A DNA stretch of 64,000 nucleotides, taken from Acidimicrobiales bacterium. GTDB taxonomy: Bacteria; Actinomycetota; Acidimicrobiia; Acidimicrobiales; VFJN01. Under the pieces are notes generated by a model. The model had not been told where the DNA came from. It did not search any database and was given only the letters and a program-made list of their open reading frames with translations. The stretch spans positions 15,212 through 79,211 of the forward strand of contig JBJMHD010000112.1 in the NCBI GenBank assembly GCA_045807565.1. Direction: 5' to 3'. Numbering within the stretch: position 1 is the stretch's first letter; every line of letters starts with the position of its first letter. Below, piece by piece: positions 50,963-59,176 of the stretch. A program made the translations under genes and the position numbers.

Positions 50963-52060
50963 CTAGGTGATGTAGGCGGTGATGTCGACGACGAGGTGGT
51001 AGCTGTTGCCGCTGCCGCCGTTGGCGCGGAGGGTGAGGCCGGCGGGGCCGAGCCGGCTGGTGAAGGCGTTGGCGACGACTTCGCCGGCATCGAAGTTGAC
51101 GGCGGAGGTCTTCGAGGCGCTGCCGGAGGGGACGGCGACGAGGTAGCCGCTGTAGTTCGGCTTGACGATCGTGAGGTTGCCGACCACGCCGGAGGCGTCG
51201 GCGGGGACGGGGCCTGCGCCGGCGAGGTCGAGGGTGATGGCTTCGCCGCCGTGCAGTGGCCCCTTCTTCTGCCCAGGGACGGCCGGCGACCCTGACGCCC
51301 GTCCGCCGGTGGCCCGGGTGTCGAGCGCTCGCATCGGGTCGATGGGGACGACCCGTCCGCTGGCGGTGTCCTCACGCAGGAGCCGAGTCCAGGCTGGTTC
51401 AGGTGTTGTGGCGGTGCAGAGCCAGAGCTCGCCGTCCCCATCGAAGCGGATGGCACCTGCGAGCGCGTACTCGGTGGGTGGGCCCGATGGCGCGTCGTCT
51501 TCTTGGAGCAACAACAGCTGAGGACCGTGGCCCCAGCTCACGGCGGCGAGTCCGGGCGCGGTTCCCCGGTTCGCGCCTGCCACGGTGGCAGACACGCTCG
51601 ACTCGTTGATGCCCTCGAGCGCAGAGCCCTGGCCGGCTTGGGCGCCTATGGCATGCGAGGTGTGAGGGATGTCGATGTTGTCGGTGGCCACGGCGTAGAT
51701 GGCTCGGCTCGGAACGAGGAGGGGAGGGTGCTCGAGATCCGTGGTGGCGTAGATGCCGACGCCACCCGACGACCTGACGTCCACGGCGGCGCCCGCCTCG
51801 AGCGGCTCGTGCACCAGCGATGTCGTCCCCTCCGACGAGTTGGCCTGCCCGAGGGTGAGGGGGTCCCCGTCGGCCGCGGCAGCCGACTCGGCGCCGGCGA
51901 CGCTCGCGACCGTCGCCGCGCCGAACCCCGCCAGGCCCGCGATCAGCCCACGTCGCGTCACGCCGCTGTGGCGCTCGTCCCGCTCCCGCTCCCGCTCCCG
52001 CTCTAGGTCGGCTCGCAGTGACTGCACTTCGGCGCGCAACGACTCGAGCTCATCTGACAT
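50963..52060 (-). CDS. Tat-signal secreted protein of unknown function
   Basis: ORF 50963..52162 trimmed to ATG 52060 (SD GAGGAGG). Charged n-region MSDELESLRAEVQSLRADLERERERERDERHSG, then twin-arginine TRRGLIAGLAGFGAATVASVAGA. Confidence 0.75.
   Translation of the reverse strand: MSDELESLRAEVQSLRADLERERERERDERHSGVTRRGLIAGLAGFGAATVASVAGAESAAAADGDPLTLGQANSSEGTTSLVHEPLEAGAAVDVRSSGGVGIYATTDLEHPPLLVPSRAIYAVATDNIDIPHTSHAIGAQAGQGSALEGINESSVSATVAGANRGTAPGLAAVSWGHGPQLLLLQEDDAPSGPPTEYALAGAIRFDGDGELWLCTATTPEPAWTRLLREDTASGRVVPIDPMRALDTRATGGRASGSPAVPGQKKGPLHGGEAITLDLAGAGPVPADASGVVGNLTIVKPNYSGYLVAVPSGSASKTSAVNFDAGEVVANAFTSRLGPAGLTLRANGGSGNSYHLVVDITAYIT
51981..52004 (-). repeat. in-frame hexanucleotide repeat (CGCTCC)x3 plus one imperfect unit, encoding (ER)n
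   Basis: Read directly: cgctcc cgctcc cgctcc cgctct on the plus strand, within the n-region of the Tat-signal protein. Confidence 0.8.
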
Positions 52061-52300
52061 CTCGCCTCCTCGGGTCCAACCTGCCGGGCCCGTCCCCACC
52101 TGGCGGCTGAGCCGAGGATATCCAGGCGACGTGTCGCCAATCGGCCGCATGCGGCCGGGCATATCGGCCGGTCTTGTACCAGTTGAGCGCGTCCATTGGC
52201 GAGGGCGTGCCGTACCGGGTTCTCAAGCGGCGGAGGGTTCTGCACGATGTTCCCATCAGGTCGGGGGTTCCGCACTCTCGGCTCTGGCGACCTGTCGCCA

Positions 52301-52339
52301 GACACGGCCCCTTGGATCACACCCCCGGGGGGCCGTGTC
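52301..52339 (-). terminator. candidate terminator hairpin downstream of the sigma operon (no U-tract)
   Basis: 11-bp stem GACACGGCCCC / GGGGCCGTGTC with a 17-nt loop, about 90 nt after the stop at 52428. Immediately adjacent is a 9-bp-arm palindrome TCTGGCGAC-CT-GTCGCCAGA (52283-52302). Confidence 0.35.
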
Positions 52340-52427
52340 GCGCTCCACCCCGCGCGGTTGAGCTGACGGTGACGAGGCAGCGTGACCGATCCTGTCCCGG
52401 GGCGGCACTCCGAGAGGCAGACCGAGC

Positions 52428-53552
52428 TCACAGGCTCATGTCGCAGTGCACGTTGGCGGGTTCGACCAGCGCGCAGGTCGTGTCGATCGCGACGAGCCAC
52501 CGTCGGTCGACCAGGACCGCCTCCCCGATGTCCACCGCCTGAGGGATCGCGCCGTTCGTGCCCGTGAGCTGGAATCGCACGGCCGCGTGGGTCGGGTCGC
52601 TGAACACGACCTCGTCAACCGTCGCGAACATCCCGTCGACGAACTCCGCGTACTCGCCGTCGTCGAGCTGCTGGTTCGCCGCGGACCAGACGGCGGGCCG
52701 CTCGCTGAACCGAGCCCGGGCCTCCCTCGTGCTCGCCGAGTCGAAGATCCCGGTGAACGCGAGCCGGACCTGTTCCTCGGCGGCGGCTTCGTCGGCGGGC
52801 TGCTCCCCGGGATCGGGGAGCTCTGGCTTCGCGACGGTCGGACGCGCCGGCCCGGCTACGCCAGGTGCGTACCAACCTGTGTCGGGGGCGTAGTCGTCGG
52901 CGAAGACCACTCCGTCGCGCGTCGCGAACGTCCACACGTAGAAGCGGACCGTCTCGGGATCCAAACCCGGCACCAAGGCCGCGCTGAGGAAGGTCAGCAC
53001 GAGCCCCTGCCCCGTCGGGTAGGCGAACTCGATGGGGACGCCGTAGGGGGGCCCGACCCTCTCGTCGATCTCACCCGTCGACAGGTCCGTGAGCCACGCT
53101 CGGACATCGCCTGGTCTCGGTGCGTCGCTGCTGATCCCCGCCAGGTAGTCGGGTGTCCCATCCGCGTTCGTGTCGAGCACGAGGCCGTACGAGACGACGA
53201 CCTCCGAATCGAGCTCGTCGAAGCGCGGCGGCGCGGCCGCCAGAGCGATCCCCCAGCTGCCTGCATTCGTCGTGCCGTACCCGACCTCCGTGATGTCTGC
53301 CCATTCCTCGGAGGCGTCGAGCGGGTCTTCCCCCAACCCGCCGTCGCCGACCATGGAGTGCACGACGTCGCTGGGGTCGCGGACGGGCGCCGGCCAGCCC
53401 GGCGCCCCCGAATGGCCGGTGACTGGCCCGAGGTCGACAGCGGACTCGTCATCGAAGAGCGCCACAGCGCTGACCAGAACGACCAGGACCGATGGGGCCG
53501 CGGCCGCGACCCACAGCGAACGACGCGGCCGGTCTCCACGGGTCGACTTCAC
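52428..53552 (-). CDS. single-pass membrane protein, paralog of the anti-sigma C-terminal module
   Basis: ORF 52428..53621 trimmed to GTG 53552 (residue 24), with a GTGA overlap on the upstream stop. TM segment SLWVAAAAPSVLVVLVSAVALF. The C-terminal 132 aa match the C-terminus of the preceding gene at about 96/132 positions (hand alignment). Confidence 0.75.
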   Translation of the reverse strand: MKSTRGDRPRRSLWVAAAAPSVLVVLVSAVALFDDESAVDLGPVTGHSGAPGWPAPVRDPSDVVHSMVGDGGLGEDPLDASEEWADITEVGYGTTNAGSWGIALAAAPPRFDELDSEVVVSYGLVLDTNADGTPDYLAGISSDAPRPGDVRAWLTDLSTGEIDERVGPPYGVPIEFAYPTGQGLVLTFLSAALVPGLDPETVRFYVWTFATRDGVVFADDYAPDTGWYAPGVAGPARPTVAKPELPDPGEQPADEAAAEEQVRLAFTGIFDSASTREARARFSERPAVWSAANQQLDDGEYAEFVDGMFATVDEVVFSDPTHAAVRFQLTGTNGAIPQAVDIGEAVLVDRRWLVAIDTTCALVEPANVHCDMSL

Positions 53553-54958
53553 AGGCTCATGTCGCATTCCACGTTGGCGGTCGAGACCAGCGCGCAGGTC
53601 GTCTCGATCCCGACGAGCCACCGTCCGTCGACGAGCACGGCGTCTCCGATGTCCACCGACTGGGGGACCGAACCGCCAGGCCTCCTGAGCTGGAACCGCA
53701 CGGCGGCGTGCGTCGGACTGATGAACACGACCTCGTCGACCGCCGCCGACATGCCCTCCACGAAGCCTGCGTACTCACCCGCCTCGACCTGCTGGTTCGC
53801 CACGATCCAGACCCTCGGCCGCTCGCTGAACCGAGACCTCGCCTCCGGGGTGCTCGAAGAGTCGAAGACTCCGGTGTAGGCCAGCCGGATCTGCTGCTCG
53901 GCGGAGGCCGCGTCCGCGGGCTGCTGTCCCGGATCGGGAAGCTCGGGTGTCCCGACGACCTGGGCCTCCGGGTCGACCGGGAGGCGATCGAAGATCTGCT
54001 TCGCGACGGGCCCCAGGTCGCCAGGGGGGGTGAAGTACGTCTGGGCGGACAGCTGTACCGCCACAGGACCCTTCGTGAACAGGGCGAGCGCGGTGTACAC
54101 GTCGACCTCGGCGTCCTCGGCTGCGAGTGTGACCTTCAGGAGGAACCCGTGGTAGTCGTCGGTGACCGGCCAGTGGCCCCTGTCCTCGGCCCGGTAGTAC
54201 GAGAGGGCGAGCGGTTCCGTGGTGGAGCTGCGCACCACCACATCATCGACGGACAGAGATCGGCCGGTGATCGACGTCAGGCCGTTGCGGGCTCGTGTGA
54301 GGATCTGCTGCGCGATGGCCGCGCCGTAGCAGCGTTGGGTGGCGGGAAGCCCCATCCGATCCAGCGCCACGTGCGCGTCTGCCGTTGAGCCGTAGACGGT
54401 GGCTGCGGACGCCAGGTACTGAGGGTTCCCGACGTCCTCGCTGACGAACACGGAGCGGCCGGTCGCGCGGTCGGCCTGGAGCTCGGACACGTCGGCCCCG
54501 AGGCACTCAGCGAGCGCGTCCTCATCCGCGCGGTGCTGCGCCTCCTGTACCGGGGATGCCGCCGCCCATCCCTCGTCGATGCCGCGTCCCGCGCCAACGT
54601 CCTCGGGGGTGAGCAACGCCGCGTCGGCGAGAGCCTGGTCATCACCCTCGACGGTGCCGGTTGCGACGTTGGGCTCGCGATCACGATCCTGGATCATGGC
54701 CACGCCCACCGCGATCAGGACGATGGCCGCGGCGACAGCGATCCATCGCCGCAGCCGATGGGTGCGTCCTTCGTGCGACCGCGGCCGCACCTCGGCGCTC
54801 GGCGGCGCGTCGAGGTCGAGCAGATGGGGATGCCCGGTCTCGACGTCAGAGCCCAACACCATGCTGTGTCGCAGCCGCTCCATGAGGTCCGCCCGGAACT
54901 GCGGATCCGGGTCGATGACGTCGCGCTCGTGACGCAGGACGTCGAGCTCGTCGGTCAT
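53549..54958 (-). CDS. putative anti-sigma factor (single-pass membrane protein)
   Basis: ORF as listed, with an ATGA overlap on the ECF sigma stop. Cytoplasmic N-terminus of about 70 aa, TM segment WIAVAAAIVLIAVGVAMI, and a large extracytoplasmic region. No HxxxCxxC zinc motif. Confidence 0.65.
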   Translation of the reverse strand: MTDELDVLRHERDVIDPDPQFRADLMERLRHSMVLGSDVETGHPHLLDLDAPPSAEVRPRSHEGRTHRLRRWIAVAAAIVLIAVGVAMIQDRDREPNVATGTVEGDDQALADAALLTPEDVGAGRGIDEGWAAASPVQEAQHRADEDALAECLGADVSELQADRATGRSVFVSEDVGNPQYLASAATVYGSTADAHVALDRMGLPATQRCYGAAIAQQILTRARNGLTSITGRSLSVDDVVVRSSTTEPLALSYYRAEDRGHWPVTDDYHGFLLKVTLAAEDAEVDVYTALALFTKGPVAVQLSAQTYFTPPGDLGPVAKQIFDRLPVDPEAQVVGTPELPDPGQQPADAASAEQQIRLAYTGVFDSSSTPEARSRFSERPRVWIVANQQVEAGEYAGFVEGMSAAVDEVVFISPTHAAVRFQLRRPGGSVPQSVDIGDAVLVDGRWLVGIETTCALVSTANVECDMSL

Positions 54959-55494
54959 CGATCCTCCTCCTCCGCCTCGCGGTACTTCGACCGGAACGCA
55001 ACCCGAGCACGCACGAGGAGCGTCTCGGTGGCGTGGACCGAACGACCGAGCAGCGTCGCCACCTCTGAGACCGACAAGCCGTCGACATGCCGAAGGACAA
55101 GCGCCGCCCGGTGGCTCGGGGAGAGCAGACCCAGGACCTCGATCCCCCGCTCGGGTTCGACCCGTACGGCGAGGTCCGCATCGGGCGGCACGGCCGCGAC
55201 CGCCATCAGGTGCCGTTGCTCCCGCTGTTCACGGCGCCAGTGGTCGGCCAGCTTGTGCCGCGCGATGCCGATCAGCCACGCCACGGTGACCTCACCCCCG
55301 TAGCCCCGACGGATCGAGTCCAGCGCGCCGAGGAAGGTCTCCGACGCCAGGTCCTCCGCGAGCGCCTTCGCTCGACAGCGATGCAGCAGGTAGCCGTACA
55401 CCTCCGCGAGGGCCCGATCGAACACCTCGAGGAGCTGTTCGTCGTCGACCGCAACCGCCACGTCGCCCGTCATCACCCGCCCATCGCTCGCCAC
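54955..55494 (-). CDS. ECF-type RNA polymerase sigma factor
   Basis: ORF as listed (GTG 55494; ATG 55473 possible). Region 2 is AEDLASETFLGAL...WLIGIARHKLADHWR. Region 4 is LSPSHRAALVLRHVDGLSVSEVATLLGRSVHATETLLVRAR. Confidence 0.88.
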   Translation of the reverse strand: MASDGRVMTGDVAVAVDDEQLLEVFDRALAEVYGYLLHRCRAKALAEDLASETFLGALDSIRRGYGGEVTVAWLIGIARHKLADHWRREQREQRHLMAVAAVPPDADLAVRVEPERGIEVLGLLSPSHRAALVLRHVDGLSVSEVATLLGRSVHATETLLVRARVAFRSKYREAEEEDR

Positions 55495-55578
55495 GCGTGT
55501 TTTCCGAACGTCAGAGTCGAGGATTTCTCGACGTCAGCTCGGAACCTACCGATGGAAGCTCAGCCGAGGCTCCATCCG

Positions 55579-57024
55579 TCAAGATCCTGCGCTGAGCTGG
55601 ACGGTCGGATACAGGGGATGGTCGCGGAGGACCTCGGCGCATCGCTGACGAGATGACTGGCGAACGTCGGGAGGCAGGTGGTAGCGGGCCGTTGAGGGAC
55701 TGCCGGCCGCCGTCGTGGCTGCACGCGTGGACCGCAAGACGGTCGTGATGATGTCGGCGACCTCATCGAACTCGGAGGTGTCGAGACCGAGCGTGGTCAG
55801 GGCGGGAGTCCCGAGCCGGATGCCCGACGTGTACCAGGCTCCGTGTGGATCAGCGGGAACCGAGTTGCGATTCGTGACCACCCCGGCGTCCAGGAGCGCC
55901 GCCTCAGCCTGCCGGCCGGTCAGACCGTGGCTCGCGGCGACGTCCATGAGCACCAGATGGTTCTCGGTGCCGTCGGTGACGAGTCGCGTACCTCGCTCGG
56001 TCAAGCCGCGGGCCAGCGCGGCGGCGTTGTCCACGACCCGACGTGCGTAGCTGGCGAACTCGGGCCGGCGTGCCTCGGCAAAGGCCACCGCCTTGGCTGC
56101 CATGACATGGGGGAGCGGACCGCCCAACACCATCGGGCAGCCTCGATCCACGAACTCGGCGTACTCGGCCGTGCAGAGCACGAACCCGCCCCGGGGGCCG
56201 CGCAGGGACTTGTGCGTCGTGGAGGTCACGACGTGCGCATGGTTCACGGGGTTCAGGTCGCCGCTCAGCACGCCACCGGCGACGAGTCCGGCGAAGTGGG
56301 CCATGTCAACGAGGAAGGTCGCGTCCACCTCGTCGGCGATCTCACGCAGAACCCGGAAGTTCGGATTGCGCGGATACGCCGAGTAGCCCGCCACGATGAT
56401 CAACGGACGGAACTCGTGGGCGAGGTGCCGAACGGCGTCGTAGTCGAGGAGGCCGGTCACCGGGTCGACGCCGTAGCTGCACTGTTCGAAGAGCTTTCCG
56501 GAGATGTTCGGTCGGAACCCGTGGGTCAGATGTCCGCCGGCGTCGAGCGACATGCCGATCATCCGCTGTCCCGTCAGGTCCCGACGCAATGCCTCCCACG
56601 TGGCGGGATCGAGATCGTTGACATGGCGGACACCTAGGGCCTCGAGGCGGGGCTGTTCGACGCGGGCGGCCAAGATGGCCCAGAACGCGACGAGGTTGGC
56701 GTCGATCCCCGAGTGCGGCTGGACGTAGGCGTGCTCCGCGCCGAACAACGCCTTGGCGTGCTCGACGGCCAGGCGCTCGATGTCGTCAACCGCCTCACAA
56801 CCGGCATAGAAGCGATGGCCCGGCGTCCCTTCGGCGTACTTGTCGGACAGCCAGTTGCCCATGGCCAGCAGGACCGCCGGCGACGCGTAGTTCTCTGAGG
56901 CGACGAGCTTGAGCTGACGTCGCTGACTGTCGAGCTCTGCGCTTATCGCTGATGCGACGCGTGGCTCGACGGAATCGATCACGGCAAGCGCCGAGCGGAA
57001 CGCGTCGGCTTCTGGACTGGTCAT
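55579..57024 (-). CDS. glyA: serine hydroxymethyltransferase (long form with insertion and C-terminal extension)
   Basis: ORF 55579..57117 trimmed to ATG 57024 (SD AGGAGG). [13 protein letters not shown], and [15 protein letters not shown] carries the PLP lysine. Confidence 0.9.
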   Translation of the reverse strand: MTSPEADAFRSALAVIDSVEPRVASAISAELDSQRRQLKLVASENYASPAVLLAMGNWLSDKYAEGTPGHRFYAGCEAVDDIERLAVEHAKALFGAEHAYVQPHSGIDANLVAFWAILAARVEQPRLEALGVRHVNDLDPATWEALRRDLTGQRMIGMSLDAGGHLTHGFRPNISGKLFEQCSYGVDPVTGLLDYDAVRHLAHEFRPLIIVAGYSAYPRNPNFRVLREIADEVDATFLVDMAHFAGLVAGGVLSGDLNPVNHAHVVTSTTHKSLRGPRGGFVLCTAEYAEFVDRGCPMVLGGPLPHVMAAKAVAFAEARRPEFASYARRVVDNAAALARGLTERGTRLVTDGTENHLVLMDVAASHGLTGRQAEAALLDAGVVTNRNSVPADPHGAWYTSGIRLGTPALTTLGLDTSEFDEVADIITTVLRSTRAATTAAGSPSTARYHLPPDVRQSSRQRCAEVLRDHPLYPTVQLSAGS

Positions 57025-57041
57025 GGCCCCTCCTGGACGAT

Positions 57042-57145
57042 CGCCGTACTCGCCCAGGCGCACGGCAACCGCTCGACGGTCGACGTCGATCGGAGCCGCT
57101 CCCCGGTGGTTGTCCACCTCGCAGCGCCAGTCACGGCCCGCCGGG
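57042..57145 (-). promoter_or_regulatory. ZTP riboswitch (pfl motif)
   Basis: Minus-strand RNA: CCGGCGGGCCGUGACUGGCGCUGCGAGGUGGACAACCACCGGGGAGCGGCUCCG, a linker, then GCCGUGCGCCUGGGCGAGUACGGC. This matches the conserved GACUGGCG, GGUGGA..ACCACCGGGGAGC and CGCCUGGGC blocks of the ZTP class. It sits 18 nt upstream of the glyA ATG. Confidence 0.8.
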
Positions 57146-57156
57146 AACAGTAGTTG

Positions 57157-57999
57157 TCAGGAGGCGCGGCGCGCCGTGGTCACCCAGACGGTCCCGTCGA
57201 GGAGCACCGCGCCGTCAGACTCATGGGAGCGAAGTGCATCGGTGATCTTGGCCAGGATGGTCGACCGGTCGGCTTCGTCCAGGTCCTGGGTGAGGATGCG
57301 GGTCGGGCCGAAGCCCATCGACAGCGTGGCCGCGGCGGCGGCGTCGACACCGCCGCCGTACGGAAGGCTGAGGTGATGGACGAGCGGATCGACGTCGTCC
57401 CACCCGGAGCTCTCGAGGAGGGGCACGATGATGTCGGGTCCGTTGAGGGAGAACGGCCCTTGATCCTGGGGGATCTCGTCCCTTCGGCCGAGCGCCGCCA
57501 GCGCCGCTTGGTAGGGCACCTCGAACATCTCCGACTCTCCCCGTCGGGCCCAGGTGGCGATGGCAAGGCGTCCGCCCGCGCTGGTGGCCTGGGCGAGGTT
57601 CTCGAAGGCTGCTCGAGGGTCGGAGAAGAACATGACGCCGAACCTCGACAGGACCACATCGTGAGGGGGAGTCGGGGCTTCCCAGTCGACCGGGTCGGCC
57701 AGGAGCCAGCTGGTCGGCGCGTCGTGCGGACCACGTGGCCTGGCCGCCGCCGCGGCAAGCATCTCCGTGGTCACGTCCACGCCGGTCACCCGGCCGGTCG
57801 ATCCGACCAGCGCGGCTGCCTGGCGAGTGGTCGGACCGGTGCCGCACCCGACGTCGAGGACTGACTCACCCCTGCGAAGGTCCGCCGCCGCGAAGAGGGC
57901 GTCCGACACGGGCTGCAGCTGCCGCTCGATGTCGTCGGCCTGACGGACCCACCGTGCGGTCCGCTCGTCATCCCATCCATCAGGTGCCGCGGGTGTCAT
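57157..57999 (-). CDS. class I SAM-dependent methyltransferase
   Basis: ORF 57157..58155 trimmed to ATG 57999 (residue 53). Motif I VLDVGCGTGPTT. Confidence 0.85.
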   Translation of the reverse strand: MTPAAPDGWDDERTARWVRQADDIERQLQPVSDALFAAADLRRGESVLDVGCGTGPTTRQAAALVGSTGRVTGVDVTTEMLAAAAARPRGPHDAPTSWLLADPVDWEAPTPPHDVVLSRFGVMFFSDPRAAFENLAQATSAGGRLAIATWARRGESEMFEVPYQAALAALGRRDEIPQDQGPFSLNGPDIIVPLLESSGWDDVDPLVHHLSLPYGGGVDAAAAATLSMGFGPTRILTQDLDEADRSTILAKITDALRSHESDGAVLLDGTVWVTTARRAS

Positions 58000-58021
58000 G
58001 CGCGCGGGTGTACCAGGAACA

Positions 58022-58975
58022 TCAGCGGGAGTCTTGCCTCCGGCCCGGTGGCTCGACCGTTGGTGGCGAGCCGGTCTCGAGCCATGCGCGCAGCTCCGGA
58101 TCGAGCCGGGCGGCCGCTGTCTCGTAGAGGACCAAGTCGTCGTCGGTGAGGACATCGCGCCAGCGTCCGTTGGTGCCCTTGTGGAAGAACCGGCCGGCGC
58201 CGCCCTCGAAGAAGGTCGGCCCGGTGTGCTCCTCGTTGCGGATCGCGTCCTGCTTCATGGCGTCGAACCGGGCGGCCGCCACGAGCGCGGGCCACGCGTC
58301 CTCGGCCACCTCGAGCCGGGTGAAGGCGGCGACGCGGCGCATCTGGGCCTCGAGGTCCGCGAGCAGGTCGGCGTAGTGGACGAGCAGCACGTTGGGCAGG
58401 TCCCGGTACGGCCAGAAGGACGCGGCGTGGTGGTGGTGCGACCAGAACGGCCAGCCGTCCGTCTCCCAGTCGAACAGGCTGCGGGTCATCCAATCGGGCC
58501 ACAGCTCTCGCTCGGTGGCCGGGCACCGCGGCATCGAACCGGCTGGTCCACCGGCGGCGTCGAGCAGCGAGTAGGTGAAGTCGGTGTACGCGCTGTAGTG
58601 GTTGAAGGCCGACATGAACACGTCGCGCGTGTCGCGGCCGACGTACACGTACCGGACCGCCGGGTCGTACGGGAGAGCGTCGAACGGCAGGTGGCTCTTC
58701 AGGAACCGTTGGTGCTCCTGGGCCTCGATGCCCGCCACCACGCCATCCACGTCGCCCAGGAACGCGGCGTCGATCCACGGTGACAACGCCACCAGAGGTG
58801 CGGGCAAGGGGCCCGGACCGAAGACCAGCAGGCTCATGATGCGCTGCATCCAGGTCGTACCCGCCTTCATCGAGGTCGAGATGATGACGTCGCCGGGCCG
58901 CAGCGTGATGTGGTCCCACCGCTCGCTGTCGAGGTGATGACTGCGGTAGGTGCGGGTCAGACGCGGCCTGTCCAT
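58022..58975 (-). CDS. sulfotransferase family protein
   Basis: ORF as listed. PAPS-binding 5'-PSB TSMKAGTTWMQ and 3'-PB YVGRDTRDVFMS. Confidence 0.85.
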   Translation of the reverse strand: MDRPRLTRTYRSHHLDSERWDHITLRPGDVIISTSMKAGTTWMQRIMSLLVFGPGPLPAPLVALSPWIDAAFLGDVDGVVAGIEAQEHQRFLKSHLPFDALPYDPAVRYVYVGRDTRDVFMSAFNHYSAYTDFTYSLLDAAGGPAGSMPRCPATERELWPDWMTRSLFDWETDGWPFWSHHHHAASFWPYRDLPNVLLVHYADLLADLEAQMRRVAAFTRLEVAEDAWPALVAAARFDAMKQDAIRNEEHTGPTFFEGGAGRFFHKGTNGRWRDVLTDDDLVLYETAAARLDPELRAWLETGSPPTVEPPGRRQDSR

Positions 58976-59176
58976 GCACCCTTCCTACGACGTTGACGTC
59001 ACCATGTCAGCCGGCACAGCTGCCGATCGGCCCGGCGCGGATCAGGCAGAGCGTGGCCCGGGAGTGGACTCCACGTGATCGAATCCGTCGATCAGCTCAC
59101 GGACTTCGCAGCGGCGCCGCTGTTACCCCCGCTCGGGTGTGGCTAGACCCCTAGCGCCGATGGGAATGGTCGGGTC

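Noticed and set aside
52003-52500. ORF 52003..52500 begins MARRDRHDLRAG..., the same way as ORF 52428..53621 (MARRDRDDLRAG...), which suggests a third copy of a gene.
   Set aside because: Both MARRDR strings are the same alternate frame of the duplicated C-terminal module DNA (52431-52826 and 53552-53947). After the module ends, the 52003 ORF has no coding character.
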